Source: Dehalococcoidia bacterium
GTDB taxonomy: Bacteria > Chloroflexota > Dehalococcoidia > SHYD01 > SHYC01
DNA length: 64,000 bases
Assembly (NCBI GenBank): GCA_009693005.1
Contig: SHYC01000001.1
Coordinates: 3,580-67,579, forward strand
Reading direction: 5' to 3'
Shown here: positions 35,707-45,026 of the stretch, in pieces
How positions within the stretch are numbered: position 1 is the first letter of the stretch
Layout: each line of letters opens with the position of its first letter
Made by a program: the position numbers and the translations under genes
The notes under the pieces: generated by a model
What the model was told of the DNA's origin: nothing
The model's input: the letters and a program-made list of their open reading frames with translations, nothing else
The model's database searches: none

Positions 35707-36627
35707 CTATCCACGACTGCTCAACAACACAAGCAGTAAAGCCTTCTGAACGTGTAACCGGTTCTCCGCCTGGCGAAATACCTCCGAATTCGGGGAATAC
35801 AAAACCCCGTCGGCCACCTCTTCCCCATGATGCGCGGGCAGTGGATGCATGAATATGGAATCCGGATTCGCTTTGGAAAGCATTGACGGCGTCACCTGAA
35901 AGCCGGCAAACACTTTTCGTCGCTCATCCCTTTCCGCTTCCTGGCCCATGCTGGTCCAAACGTCGGTGTAAATAACATCGGCGGATTCCGTGACCTCCTG
36001 GGGATCGCTGGTACAAATGATTTTGGATCCGCTGGCCCCGGCCATCTCCTCCGCCCTGGCCAATATTCCCTCGTGAATACCGTATCCTGCCGGGGAGGCT
36101 ATCCGAAAGTTCATGCCTACCCTGGCTGCCATAAAAAGCAGGCTATTGGCCACATTGTTACCATCGCCGACATACGCTAGTGTAACACCCTTAATGCCTC
36201 CTTTGACCTCGTAGATGGTCATGAGATCAGCCAGCGCCTGGCAGGGGTGTTCCTCATCGGACAACGCGTTGATTACGGGAATCGTGGCATACTCCGCCAT
36301 CTCCGTAAGAGTACGATGCGAAAAGGTCCGTGCAGCTATTCCACTGACATAGCGGCTCAGCACATGGGCAACGTCTCTCACCGACTCACGGCTCCCTATA
36401 CCTACCTCCTCAGGAGACAAGTACACCACATGGCCGCCAAGCTGCCACATAGCTATATCAAAACTGATTCTTGTCCTGAGAGAAGGCTTCTCAAAAATAA
36501 GCGCCAGAGAGCGTTCTGCGAGCTCTCTGCTATTCGTGTTTTTCTTCTTCAGCGAAACAGCGGTCTCTATGAGGCTCATTATTTCACCTGCGCTGAGGTC
36601 TGCGATGGACAAAAAGTCCTTTTTCAC
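35707..36627 (-). CDS. argF: Ornithine carbamoyltransferase
   Basis: SLRTR, HPCQ, DVWTSMG and HPLPA motifs. 306 aa. Confidence 0.8.
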   Translation of the reverse strand: MKKDFLSIADLSAGEIMSLIETAVSLKKKNTNSRELAERSLALIFEKPSLRTRISFDIAMWQLGGHVVYLSPEEVGIGSRESVRDVAHVLSRYVSGIAARTFSHRTLTEMAEYATIPVINALSDEEHPCQALADLMTIYEVKGGIKGVTLAYVGDGNNVANSLLFMAARVGMNFRIASPAGYGIHEGILARAEEMAGASGSKIICTSDPQEVTESADVIYTDVWTSMGQEAERDERRKVFAGFQVTPSMLSKANPDSIFMHPLPAHHGEEVADGVLYSPNSEVFRQAENRLHVQKALLLVLLSSRG

Positions 36628-36675
36628 CTGGTCACCCGTACCTTAGATACTCGTAGCTGTATTGAAACTGTCATT

Positions 36676-36701
36676 CTGAGGAGCCCTTCGAGAGCCTCAG
36701 G
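36676..36701 (-). terminator. Candidate stem-loop (CTGAGG...CCTCAG) downstream of rsmI
   Basis: 6-7 bp GC-rich stem. On the minus strand it is followed by AATGACAGTTTCAATA. It is weakly U-rich. Confidence 0.3.
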
Positions 36702-36728
36702 ACACGCTCGGAACGACGGCTGGAAATC

Positions 36729-37403
36729 TTACGCCCTCTCCACCACGCCTTCGACCACTAGAGTAAACTCTCCTCTGGGCTGCTTAAAATGCTCCATGGC
36801 CTCGCTTACTCTGCCCCTGTACACCTCTTCATAAATTTTCGTCATCTCTCTGCATACTGCGATTCTTCGGTCTCCCAGGACATCCAGGATATCTTCCAAA
36901 CTCTTAATGAGCCTATGTGGGGACTCAAGCAGCACCAGAGTGCCTGCATCCTCACAATTCGAGGCCAATACTTTACGCCGCTCCCCCTTCTTCCTCGGCA
37001 GAAAGCCCAGGTATATAAAGCGATGGGTGGTCAGGCCCGACACAGCCAGCGCTGCTATCGGCGCCGAGGGACCAGGCACGGGAATAATATTTATTCCCTC
37101 TTCGATGGCAGCCTTAATCAGCGGATACCCCGGATCGTTTATCCCAGGCGTGCCGGCTTCCGACACCAGCGCCACAGCCTTATCCTCAGCCAAAACTCTA
37201 AGTATCTGCTCAACCTTGCCCTTTCCACTATGGGCATGAAAACTGGTAAGCGGCGTATGTATATCGTAAGCGGAGAGCAGCCTCCGCGTTTTTCTCGTGT
37301 CCTCGGCAGCTATCAGGTCCGCTTCTCTTAGAATGCGAAGGGCCCTAAGGGTAATATCCTCGAGATTGCCTATTGGAGTTGCCACAACATAGAGCGCTGC
37401 CAA
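36729..37403 (-). CDS. rsmI: 16S rRNA (cytidine1402-2'-O)-methyltransferase
   Basis: LYVVATPIGNLEDITLRALRILREADLIAAEDTR signature. Confidence 0.85.
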   Translation of the reverse strand: MAALYVVATPIGNLEDITLRALRILREADLIAAEDTRKTRRLLSAYDIHTPLTSFHAHSGKGKVEQILRVLAEDKAVALVSEAGTPGINDPGYPLIKAAIEEGINIIPVPGPSAPIAALAVSGLTTHRFIYLGFLPRKKGERRKVLASNCEDAGTLVLLESPHRLIKSLEDILDVLGDRRIAVCREMTKIYEEVYRGRVSEAMEHFKQPRGEFTLVVEGVVERA

Positions 37404-37468
37404 AGTATAAAGTCTCCACGCTTTGGATTATACCATCGGCAATTAACATTTAAGAAGCGTTACCAAAC

Positions 37469-37503
37469 AAACAAGCCCCTCCTTCATGGGATGGGGCTTG
37501 TTT
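37469..37503 (-). terminator. Rho-independent terminator-like perfect hairpin AAACAAGCCCC-(13 nt loop)-GGGGCTTGTTT. It is bidirectionally symmetric.
   Basis: 11 bp perfect stem, read directly. It lies downstream of the large minus-strand PQQ/YVTN gene and upstream of the rsmI start. Confidence 0.5.
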
Positions 37504-37578
37504 ACAATATCCTTGGCCCACTGGAACTGACTTTCATTATACTACATGCCCATAATGAAGTCTTGCCAGGCCTCCGAG

Positions 37579-37845
37579 CTACTGGTGTATTCTCTCCCTG
37601 ATCAAGTGAGCAGTATGCTCGGAACCAACAACCATCTTCAGTGTTGTTTTTAGCGCTAGCCAATCGCCTGAGAATTCGCAGAAGCGTCTTAGGCTGGACC
37701 AAACATCGTTTGGAGACTTACTCGCCTCCGCTTGCTGTGTGACCGTGGCTTTGGCGTCATCTTCCTCATTTGGGGCCATCTCTATCACGGACACTTGAAC
37801 GTCCATCAACACTATGGCGTCTGGAAGCTGCTTGCAGTAGTCCAC
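37579..37845 (-). CDS. Hypothetical small protein. Low confidence: it overlaps the 3' end of the upstream gene by 34 nt.
   Basis: 88 aa ORF only; no recognisable motif. Confidence 0.25.
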   Translation of the reverse strand: MDYCKQLPDAIVLMDVQVSVIEMAPNEEDDAKATVTQQAEASKSPNDVWSSLRRFCEFSGDWLALKTTLKMVVGSEHTAHLIRERIHQ

Positions 37846-40673
37846 TCCACCGGTGTGCCGTCTCCCTGCACTCTTGGACGTACCCTCCAGTAATATGTAG
37901 AGCCTGGTTGGAGAGGGTACGCCGTCGGTATTATGTAACTATTGGGCGGAGTAGAGGCTGCGCCGTGACGGATCTCCCAGTAGCGGAAGGAACCTGTGCC
38001 GAACTCTACGTTCTCGCTCACCTGCACCTCGTAGTAAAAGATGCTGCTGTTGCTGTTGGTCCAGCGCAGGGTTGGGGTGCGGTTACCTACCTTGCTGCCC
38101 GCGACTGGGTCTACCAACGTGACGGTGTTTGCGGATGGCGGCGCGGTCTTAAAGGTCTTTCCAGTGGACCATGGTCCCCAAAGAGGACTATTCTCGGTAA
38201 GGGCTGCAGTAGCGTAAGACACGCGTAGCTTCCATGTATAGGTCATCCCCGGCAAGATTACATAGTTTCCAATACCCACTACCGGTGGCTGCACGGTATA
38301 ACTCGGCTCAATGTTGCGTATAAGGTTTATGTTCGGCCCGTCGTTGTTGGCAGGAGTTATCTGTATTTGATATTGGGTTGCCCCTGAAACCGTTCCCCAT
38401 GAGAGCGCAGTTCCCAGAGTTGCCAGTATTGTTCCATCGGGAGGCCCGCCGGCCGCCGGCGCCTTGAGCGCAATAATCGGCAAGATAGAGATATTTCCGG
38501 AGCCGCTATTGACTACATAAAGCCTCGCACCATCCTGGTTCACGGCAAGGTTGACTGGTGCAGCACCCGCGCTCATGGTCGCCAGCAACGCGTTGTTTGT
38601 CCCGTCCATCACCGTTACGTCGTTGCCACCTCTATTGGCTACGTAAACAAGGTTACCCTTACGGAACACTGCGACACTGCGAGGCGAATTCCCCGCTGGC
38701 ACCGTTGCCGCTACAGAGTGAGTAGCCAAATCTACGACGGAGATAGAGCTTCCCACGCTGTTTGCCACGTACATACGGTTGGTATCCGGGTTCAACGCGA
38801 GGCTTGTTGGACCGTTCCCCACGTTGATCGAGGCTACCACGGCGTTGCTGAAGCCGTTTATTACCGACACGCTGTTACTGCCTTGGTTTGCTACGTATAG
38901 GATGTTGGCAGCAACGTTGTACGCTGCGGCGGAAGGTCCCAACCCTACCTTGATCGTATCGGTTACGGTATTGGTGGCCCCGTTTATGACGGAGATGTTG
39001 TTGCTGCCCTGATTACTGGCATACACCGTATTGGTGACAGGATTGCCCGTCACAGCCACGGGGAGCGTGCCAACGGTGATGGAGCTTTTGACCGTGTTGG
39101 TGTTGCCGTCGATGACTGAGATGGAATTGCTCCCCTGATTAGCAACATAAATCGTATTGGTTGTGGAGTTGACCCAAACTCCAGAGGGACTCACGCCCAC
39201 CGGTACTGTGATCAGCATCTTGTTAGTAGCGGCATCGACGACTGACAGGCTCTTATCTTCCATGTTTGTAACATAGGCCATGCCGGTCGAGGCGCTTACA
39301 TCAACGGCGCTTGGGGTGCTCCCCACCGCTACCGTCGCAAGCGGGCCTGGGCCTTCAGGCAGTTGAGTTGGAGTCGGTGTGGGAGTGGCCGTGGGTGTCG
39401 GTGACGCCGTCGCTGTGGGAGTTGGCGTGGCAGTGGCGGTAGGGCTGACCGTGGGTGTCGGAGTGTTCGCCAGTACGCTCCCGAAAGCGGTCAGCGTGCC
39501 CTCTTGAGTTATCGCATATACACTGCCGTTGGCGACAATCGGGGACGATTGGGTCGGTGCAACCGAATAGGACCAGAGATCGTTTCCGTTGCCGGCATCC
39601 AACGCATATAGGCGCTGATCATAAGATGAAATGAATACCTTGCCACCGGCCACCGCCGGCGACGCATACACCGGGCCTCCGGTCGCTTTTTGCCAGCGCA
39701 CGGAACCGCCAACTGCGTCCAGAGCTACCACTGAGCCATCCAACGACCCCACGTAAACTACACCGTTGGCCACCGCTGGTGAAGACCGTATTCCCAACAG
39801 AGTTGCAAATACATTCTCAAATTTTTCCCCGCCGCCTGAATCTGGCACATTCGCCACTGTAATTAGCGATTTCCAAACCAACGTGCCATTGTTTGTGTTA
39901 ACTGCATACACGGTGCCATTGTCTGCACCGGCGTAAACTGTACTGCCAAGCACGGCAGGAGAGGATTGAATTGCACTTCCGGCCGAGTACTGCCAGCGTA
40001 CCGTGCCTGAATTGGGATCCAGGCAGTAAATCGAGCCACTCATTGTGCCAATATATAGGCCGTCTCCCGTAACCGCGGGAGAGGATACAATAGAGACGCC
40101 AATGGTGTTCGTCCACGCGACTGTTCCCGTAACCGAGTCCAAGGCGTAGATGCGCCCTTCAGAAGTGGCAAAGTACACCCGGCCGTTTCTAATCGAAGGA
40201 GAGGAGGCAACAGTACCGCCAACTGTATGGACCCACCGGACCGATCCATTCAACGCGTCAAGAGCATAAACGGTTCCGGCGCTATTTCCGAAGTATACGA
40301 TACCGTCTGATACTGCAGGAGTGGAGGAAATTGGAGATCCAGTCGGGTAGCTCCAGCGCTGGCCGCCGGTATCTGCGCTGATAGCTAGCAGCCGGCCATC
40401 GCTGGTGCCGAAATATACCGAACCGTCGGCAACGCTCGGTGAAGCAAATCCCTGGCTCCCGGATGAGAGGAGGTGGTTCCACTTAACCGCGATTGGAACG
40501 CTGATTGGCCCCTGGTCGCTATTGTATCCGGAATGTTCCGGCGTACGGCGGAACATCGGCCAGTCTCCACTTTGGGCGGAACTCACGGTTGGTGCGGACA
40601 ATCGGAGGAATGACATGAGTCCGATAACAATGGATAATACGGTGCAGAACTGCAACGCTCGTTTAAGGGACAT
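37812..40673 (-). CDS. Secreted multi-domain beta-propeller protein: signal peptide, PQQ-like repeats, a Thr/Pro-rich linker, a YVTN-family beta-propeller, and C-terminal Fn3-like modules
   Basis: Start set at ATG 40673 (MSLKRALQF...), which is preceded by GGGAGG. Contains PQQ repeats (GSVYFGTSDGRLLAISADTGGQRW) and YVTN repeats (YVTNMEDKSLSVVD, YVANQGSNSISVID...). Confidence 0.75.
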   Translation of the reverse strand: MSLKRALQFCTVLSIVIGLMSFLRLSAPTVSSAQSGDWPMFRRTPEHSGYNSDQGPISVPIAVKWNHLLSSGSQGFASPSVADGSVYFGTSDGRLLAISADTGGQRWSYPTGSPISSTPAVSDGIVYFGNSAGTVYALDALNGSVRWVHTVGGTVASSPSIRNGRVYFATSEGRIYALDSVTGTVAWTNTIGVSIVSSPAVTGDGLYIGTMSGSIYCLDPNSGTVRWQYSAGSAIQSSPAVLGSTVYAGADNGTVYAVNTNNGTLVWKSLITVANVPDSGGGEKFENVFATLLGIRSSPAVANGVVYVGSLDGSVVALDAVGGSVRWQKATGGPVYASPAVAGGKVFISSYDQRLYALDAGNGNDLWSYSVAPTQSSPIVANGSVYAITQEGTLTAFGSVLANTPTPTVSPTATATPTPTATASPTPTATPTPTPTQLPEGPGPLATVAVGSTPSAVDVSASTGMAYVTNMEDKSLSVVDAATNKMLITVPVGVSPSGVWVNSTTNTIYVANQGSNSISVIDGNTNTVKSSITVGTLPVAVTGNPVTNTVYASNQGSNNISVINGATNTVTDTIKVGLGPSAAAYNVAANILYVANQGSNSVSVINGFSNAVVASINVGNGPTSLALNPDTNRMYVANSVGSSISVVDLATHSVAATVPAGNSPRSVAVFRKGNLVYVANRGGNDVTVMDGTNNALLATMSAGAAPVNLAVNQDGARLYVVNSGSGNISILPIIALKAPAAGGPPDGTILATLGTALSWGTVSGATQYQIQITPANNDGPNINLIRNIEPSYTVQPPVVGIGNYVILPGMTYTWKLRVSYATAALTENSPLWGPWSTGKTFKTAPPSANTVTLVDPVAGSKVGNRTPTLRWTNSNSSIFYYEVQVSENVEFGTGSFRYWEIRHGAASTPPNSYIIPTAYPLQPGSTYYWRVRPRVQGDGTPVEWTTASSFQTP

Positions 40674-41029
40674 GCTACACCCTCCCAAAAGTTTTACAAT
40701 CTCCCACAGTGTACACCAAGGTCGCCCACCTGTATCGATACACGTGACAGTAGCTGTTCAGACTCGCGGAGGAGATCTCGCCCTGCCCCACGACCATCGC
40801 CCCCTTTCACCCTCTACCTGGCCTGGGAAGGTGGTAGAGGTTAGTTTTCCGAGGGGACACCCCGCGGACTGTCTGGCAAAAGGACAGCCGCCCTTCTGCA
40901 CTTCCCGCGACTACGACGCCCTTGCGCGGATTTGCCCTCAAGAGTGAACAGTTACTCGTGACAGCCAGCGGCCTGGTCATTGTTCACGGCTACTAACTCT
41001 GTAGGTGCGGATCAGGCGCGACACGGTTA

Positions 41030-41076
41030 TTCAGCTTGCCAAACCTGGTTTCTGATATAGAACTAAAATAACAGAA
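41030..41076 (+). promoter_or_regulatory. Promoter-like element, copy 1 (TTGCCA-16 nt-TAGAAC). It is an imperfect direct repeat of 41481-41537.
   Basis: ttcagcttgccaaacctggtttctgatatagaactaaaataaca versus ttcagctcataagctttgcacatcctggtttctgatatagacttacaataaca. Confidence 0.35.
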
Positions 41077-41480
41077 CTGGCGCAGTCAGTACATCGGCAC
41101 GAACTACGTCGCCGGTGGAACAAGAGACTTGAAGGAGATAAGAAAAAGCCCCTCTACTTTCGTAGAAGGGCATTGCGAGTTCGCTTCTTATCGGAGTAGC
41201 CACTACCCAACGGCACAGCCGCATATTACAGCCTCATTCGCGCCTATGCTAAGTAGGCATCCGAGCTAGATGGGTGCCACGCCTTCACGGAGGCCGATAT
41301 ATCGACCTGCCAAACCATCCACATTACACGGTATACCGGGCTAGGGCGCCACATTGTCCACATCGATGCTGATCCTCCTTTGCGACGATCTCCTGCATAC
41401 ATACTATTATTACTGCGATCGGTTGTCAGTGATTCACGTCACGCGGGCAAAAACATTTTTAGCACTGGAGTAATAACGAT

Positions 41481-41537
41481 TCAGCTCATAAGCTTTGCAC
41501 ATCCTGGTTTCTGATATAGACTTACAATAACAATTTC
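41481..41537 (+). promoter_or_regulatory. Promoter-like element, copy 2 (TTGCAC-16 nt-TAGACT). It lies immediately upstream of the ribosome-binding site and ATG of the alcohol-dehydrogenase gene.
   Basis: Same repeat as copy 1. It ends 13 nt before AAGGAGG and ATG 41551. Confidence 0.4.
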
Positions 41538-41550
41538 AAGGAGGTTCCGG

Positions 41551-42501
41551 ATGAAGGCGGTATTTGTAGTTGAACAGGGCGGTCCTGAGAGCTTGGTCAT
41601 CGGAGATCTGCCTGAGCCTGAGATCGGGCCGGATGAAGTACTGGTTAGGGTCCGGGCGGCGGCTCTGAACCGTAGAGACATCTTCTATCGGGAGGGGTCT
41701 CACGGTCTAAAGGCCAATGAGCTGCCCTTTATCATAGGTCTGGACATGGCAGGGGAAGTGGCTGCGGTTGGCTCTGTTGTTAGAGGATTTAAGATAGGGG
41801 ACAGGGTCATGGGAGAGGCGATAGCCGGGGCTTACGCCGAGTATGCTCGCTGTCACCCAGCAGAGCTGGCGCTAATACCGGAGTGGCTATCCTATGAAGA
41901 AGCCGCTGCCATACCCGTGGTGTTCTGCACCTCATGGCACATGCTGCTCTGCAAAGCCGGGTTATCGCTTGGAGAGACTGCTCTTATCATGGCGGGTGGC
42001 AGCGGTCTTGGCAGCGCCGGCATCCAGATAGCAAAAAGAGCCGGGGCAGCGGTCATAACCACGGCTGGGAGCGCAGATAAGCTGGAGCGTGCCCTTGCGT
42101 TAGGGGCAGACTACGGCATAAATTACAAGGAAGAGGACCTTGCCCAGCGGGTAAAAGAGATAACCAATGGTCGGGGGGTGGACGTTGTGCTGGAGCACAT
42201 AGGAACGCCTGTGTGGGAAGGCTGCTTCGCCAGTATGGCAAATGGTGGGCGGTTCGTCATCTGCGGGGTATCGGCGGGCCACCGTGTACAGCTTCACCTG
42301 GGCCAGCTTTGGACCAGAGAATTGACGTTGTACGGGACGCGACAGGCGCCGCGGGAAGACCTTGCGAAGGTAGCAGAGCTGGTGGCGCAAAAGACTTTCA
42401 AAGCTGTGGTAGACCGAGTGTTCCCCCTGGAAGAGGTGGCGGAGGCCCACAAGCTCATGGAGTCTGATATGTTTTTTGGGAAGATTGTTCTGAAGGTGTA
42501 G
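41551..42501 (+). CDS. Zinc-type alcohol dehydrogenase / quinone oxidoreductase (MDR superfamily)
   Basis: 316 aa. Contains GGPESLVIGDLPEPEIGPDEVLVRVRAAALNRRD and the GGSGLGSAGIQIAK Rossmann motif. Confidence 0.85.
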   Translation: MKAVFVVEQGGPESLVIGDLPEPEIGPDEVLVRVRAAALNRRDIFYREGSHGLKANELPFIIGLDMAGEVAAVGSVVRGFKIGDRVMGEAIAGAYAEYARCHPAELALIPEWLSYEEAAAIPVVFCTSWHMLLCKAGLSLGETALIMAGGSGLGSAGIQIAKRAGAAVITTAGSADKLERALALGADYGINYKEEDLAQRVKEITNGRGVDVVLEHIGTPVWEGCFASMANGGRFVICGVSAGHRVQLHLGQLWTRELTLYGTRQAPREDLAKVAELVAQKTFKAVVDRVFPLEEVAEAHKLMESDMFFGKIVLKV

Positions 42502-42566
42502 TTGTTGGTTCTGGCTCAACTCAAGTTTCTCTGCAGCCACGCTGCTACCGAGTTGTGCCTGTCTGT

Positions 42567-42956
42567 ATGCATGGAGGTGAAGTGTTGAATCCACAGGAGA
42601 CCTTGAACTCTTTATCAGAGCGCTTCAAAGCAACAGCCAGCGTTAACACGGTCTTTGGCGAATCCAGGACCGTGGAAGGCAGAACGATTATTCCAGTATC
42701 TAAAGTAGCTTACGCCCTGGGCGCCGGTGGAGGCGAGGGCCGCCAATCGTTGTCAACCGAGACGGCTGGCGAGAGAGTAGGCTCGGGAGGCGGCGGCGGC
42801 GGGGCGGTCTTTGCCAGGCCGGTAGGCTTTCTGGTGGTGGACTCCGACGGTGAGCATTTCGTACCGGTCGGTTTAAGCAAAAGGCGGCTCATAGCGGCGT
42901 GTTTCGCGGGGTTTATGATGGGCCTAATGATACGTGGACAAGGCCGGAAGAATTAA
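42567..42956 (+). CDS. GerW/YtfJ-family protein (PF09579-like)
   Basis: IIPVSKVAYALGAGGGEG...GGGGGGAVFARPVGFLVV pattern. Start taken at ATG 42567. The track starts at GTG 42555. Confidence 0.6.
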   Translation: MHGGEVLNPQETLNSLSERFKATASVNTVFGESRTVEGRTIIPVSKVAYALGAGGGEGRQSLSTETAGERVGSGGGGGGAVFARPVGFLVVDSDGEHFVPVGLSKRRLIAACFAGFMMGLMIRGQGRKN

Positions 42957-43246
42957 GGGACTCCGAAAGCTAATGACTGCATTTTACTTAAGAATGATCC
43001 CTGGCAGAGTTGGCGGTAGTGGTCCTTTTTAGCCATGCTGGGCCGGCGCGCTTATAACTGCGGAAAACCCAAACCCGGGCATGGGAAACATTGAAGAATC
43101 TATGGCGGAAAGTTTGACCAAGCTGAAAGGCCGTTGTTATAATTTCCCATGTTACATGAACGCAGAGGTGAAGGTGACATGTGGGCTTTGGACAAAGTCC
43201 GGTGACGACGCCTTCCCTATTCTTGTTTTGGAGCGCAAACCGGTAT

Positions 43247-43825
43247 ATGGAAGAGCAAGACAGGGAGGTTGACCGGGAAGGGATAAAAAAGGCCGTTAAA
43301 GAGATCATCCTCGCGATAGGTGAGGACCTAACCCGGCCGGGGCTGGAGGATACTCCGGCGCGCATCGCGGAGATGTACGGTGAGCTGTTCTCCGGGCTGG
43401 GGAAAGACCCTGTAGCGGAGCTCTCCACCAGCTTTGAGGAAGGGCACCGCGAGATGGTGGTCCTCAAGGGCATACCTTTCTACTCCCTGTGCGAGCACCA
43501 CTTCCTCCCCTTTTTCGGGACTGCCGACGTGGGGTATATACCCAGCGGCTCAATACTGGGACTGAGCAAGGTGGCCCGTGCGTTGGAGGTGCTGGCCCGC
43601 AGACCGCAGGTGCAGGAGCGTCTCACAACACAACTGGCGGATGCGATGATGCGCGCGGTCAGCCCCGTGGGTGTGGCCGTGGTCGTGGAGGCTGAGCATT
43701 TGTGCATGATTATGCGTGGGGTCAAGAAACCCGGAAGCAACATTATCACCTCTGCCATGCGAGGACGCTTTGAAGAGGACCCGTCGGTGCGAGAGGAATT
43801 TTTCTTAATGCTGAAAAGGAGCTAA
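43247..43825 (+). CDS. folE: GTP cyclohydrolase I
   Basis: CEHHFLPF and VVEAEHLCMIMRGVKK motifs. Start at the internal ATG (MEEQDREV...), giving 192 aa. Confidence 0.9.
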   Translation: MEEQDREVDREGIKKAVKEIILAIGEDLTRPGLEDTPARIAEMYGELFSGLGKDPVAELSTSFEEGHREMVVLKGIPFYSLCEHHFLPFFGTADVGYIPSGSILGLSKVARALEVLARRPQVQERLTTQLADAMMRAVSPVGVAVVVEAEHLCMIMRGVKKPGSNIITSAMRGRFEEDPSVREEFFLMLKRS

Positions 43826-44806
43826 ATGGGCCTGTCTGTTAAAAATGAGGAGATCGGCAGTCTGGCAGGGCTGTGGGAAGAGCTGCGACCTTCATGTTCT
43901 TCCTACACCGTGTTCTCCATCCCTCAGTGGTATGCTGTTTGGTGGCAGTTCTTTGGGGATGGGAAAGAGTCTGTAGTCCTCTCTGTGCGCGATCGAGAGG
44001 AGCTGATCGGCCTAGCGCCGTTAATGAGGGATGGTGACTGTGTAAGCTTCATCGGTGATACTAACGTATCTGACTATATGGACTTTATTACAACGCAGGG
44101 CCGTGAGGAAGATGTTCTCTCGGCGGTTTTTGGGTACTTGAAGAGCCAGCGGTGGGGCCGCTTGGAGCTGCACTGTATACCAGAGAGTTCAGCTGCTCGC
44201 GGCTTTTTAGTGGACTTGTGCAAGAGTAACGGCTTTTCGACCTTTTTAGAGACTGAAGAGGTATGTCCGTTAATTAAACTGCCGCCGACCTGGGATGAAT
44301 ATCTGGGAGGGCTAAGCAGGAAGGACCGCCATGAACTGCGCCGCAAGCTCCGTCGTCTTGAAGGCGCGGGCACGGTTCACTACTATGCGGCCGAGGACAA
44401 TGAAGGACTACCGCTGGCGACGGAAGAGTTTCTTCGTTTACACAAGGAAAGCCGCGAGGATAAGGCAGCTTTTATGACGGATGAAATGCAAAACTTCTTT
44501 CGTGCGCTCACTGCAGAATTCGTCAGACTGGGGATCGGGAAGTTATACTTTATGGAGATAGACGGCAAAAAAGTCTCTGCAACCCTCTGCTTCGACTATG
44601 AGAATACCCTATATCTGTATAATAGCGGATATGATCCGTCGTTTTCGTATCTCAGCGTAGGGCTTCTGCTAAAGTCCCTTTGCATACGGGATGCTTTAGA
44701 AAATGGCAAGGCAATTTTCGATTTCCTGAGAGGCGATGAACCTTATAAGTACGACCTTGGCGGCCAGGACACAAGCATATATAAGCTTACGGTTACCAGA
44801 ACATAA
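43826..44806 (+). CDS. GNAT-fold acyltransferase of the FemAB/CelD-like (Acetyltransf_6) family
   Basis: 326 aa. The start codon directly follows the folE stop. AAGGAG ribosome-binding site. Confidence 0.65.
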   Translation: MGLSVKNEEIGSLAGLWEELRPSCSSYTVFSIPQWYAVWWQFFGDGKESVVLSVRDREELIGLAPLMRDGDCVSFIGDTNVSDYMDFITTQGREEDVLSAVFGYLKSQRWGRLELHCIPESSAARGFLVDLCKSNGFSTFLETEEVCPLIKLPPTWDEYLGGLSRKDRHELRRKLRRLEGAGTVHYYAAEDNEGLPLATEEFLRLHKESREDKAAFMTDEMQNFFRALTAEFVRLGIGKLYFMEIDGKKVSATLCFDYENTLYLYNSGYDPSFSYLSVGLLLKSLCIRDALENGKAIFDFLRGDEPYKYDLGGQDTSIYKLTVTRT

Positions 44807-45026
44807 GAAATTAGTACGATTCCGGGTGGAGCCCAAAGAAACGGACGTTGGCTGCCCGCCTTGCTGAGTCCGTACGCGGGACGGCTCTCGAATCCCGTCC
44901 TCTCTCCGAATGTCTCCGGAGGTGGCACTGGCGTCCGACTTGCCTGGGCGAGAGTTACATCGAAGGGAAAACGGTCTGCGACGGCCATTGTTCGACAGGC
45001 TTCAATAGTTAGCTGGAGATAGAGTT

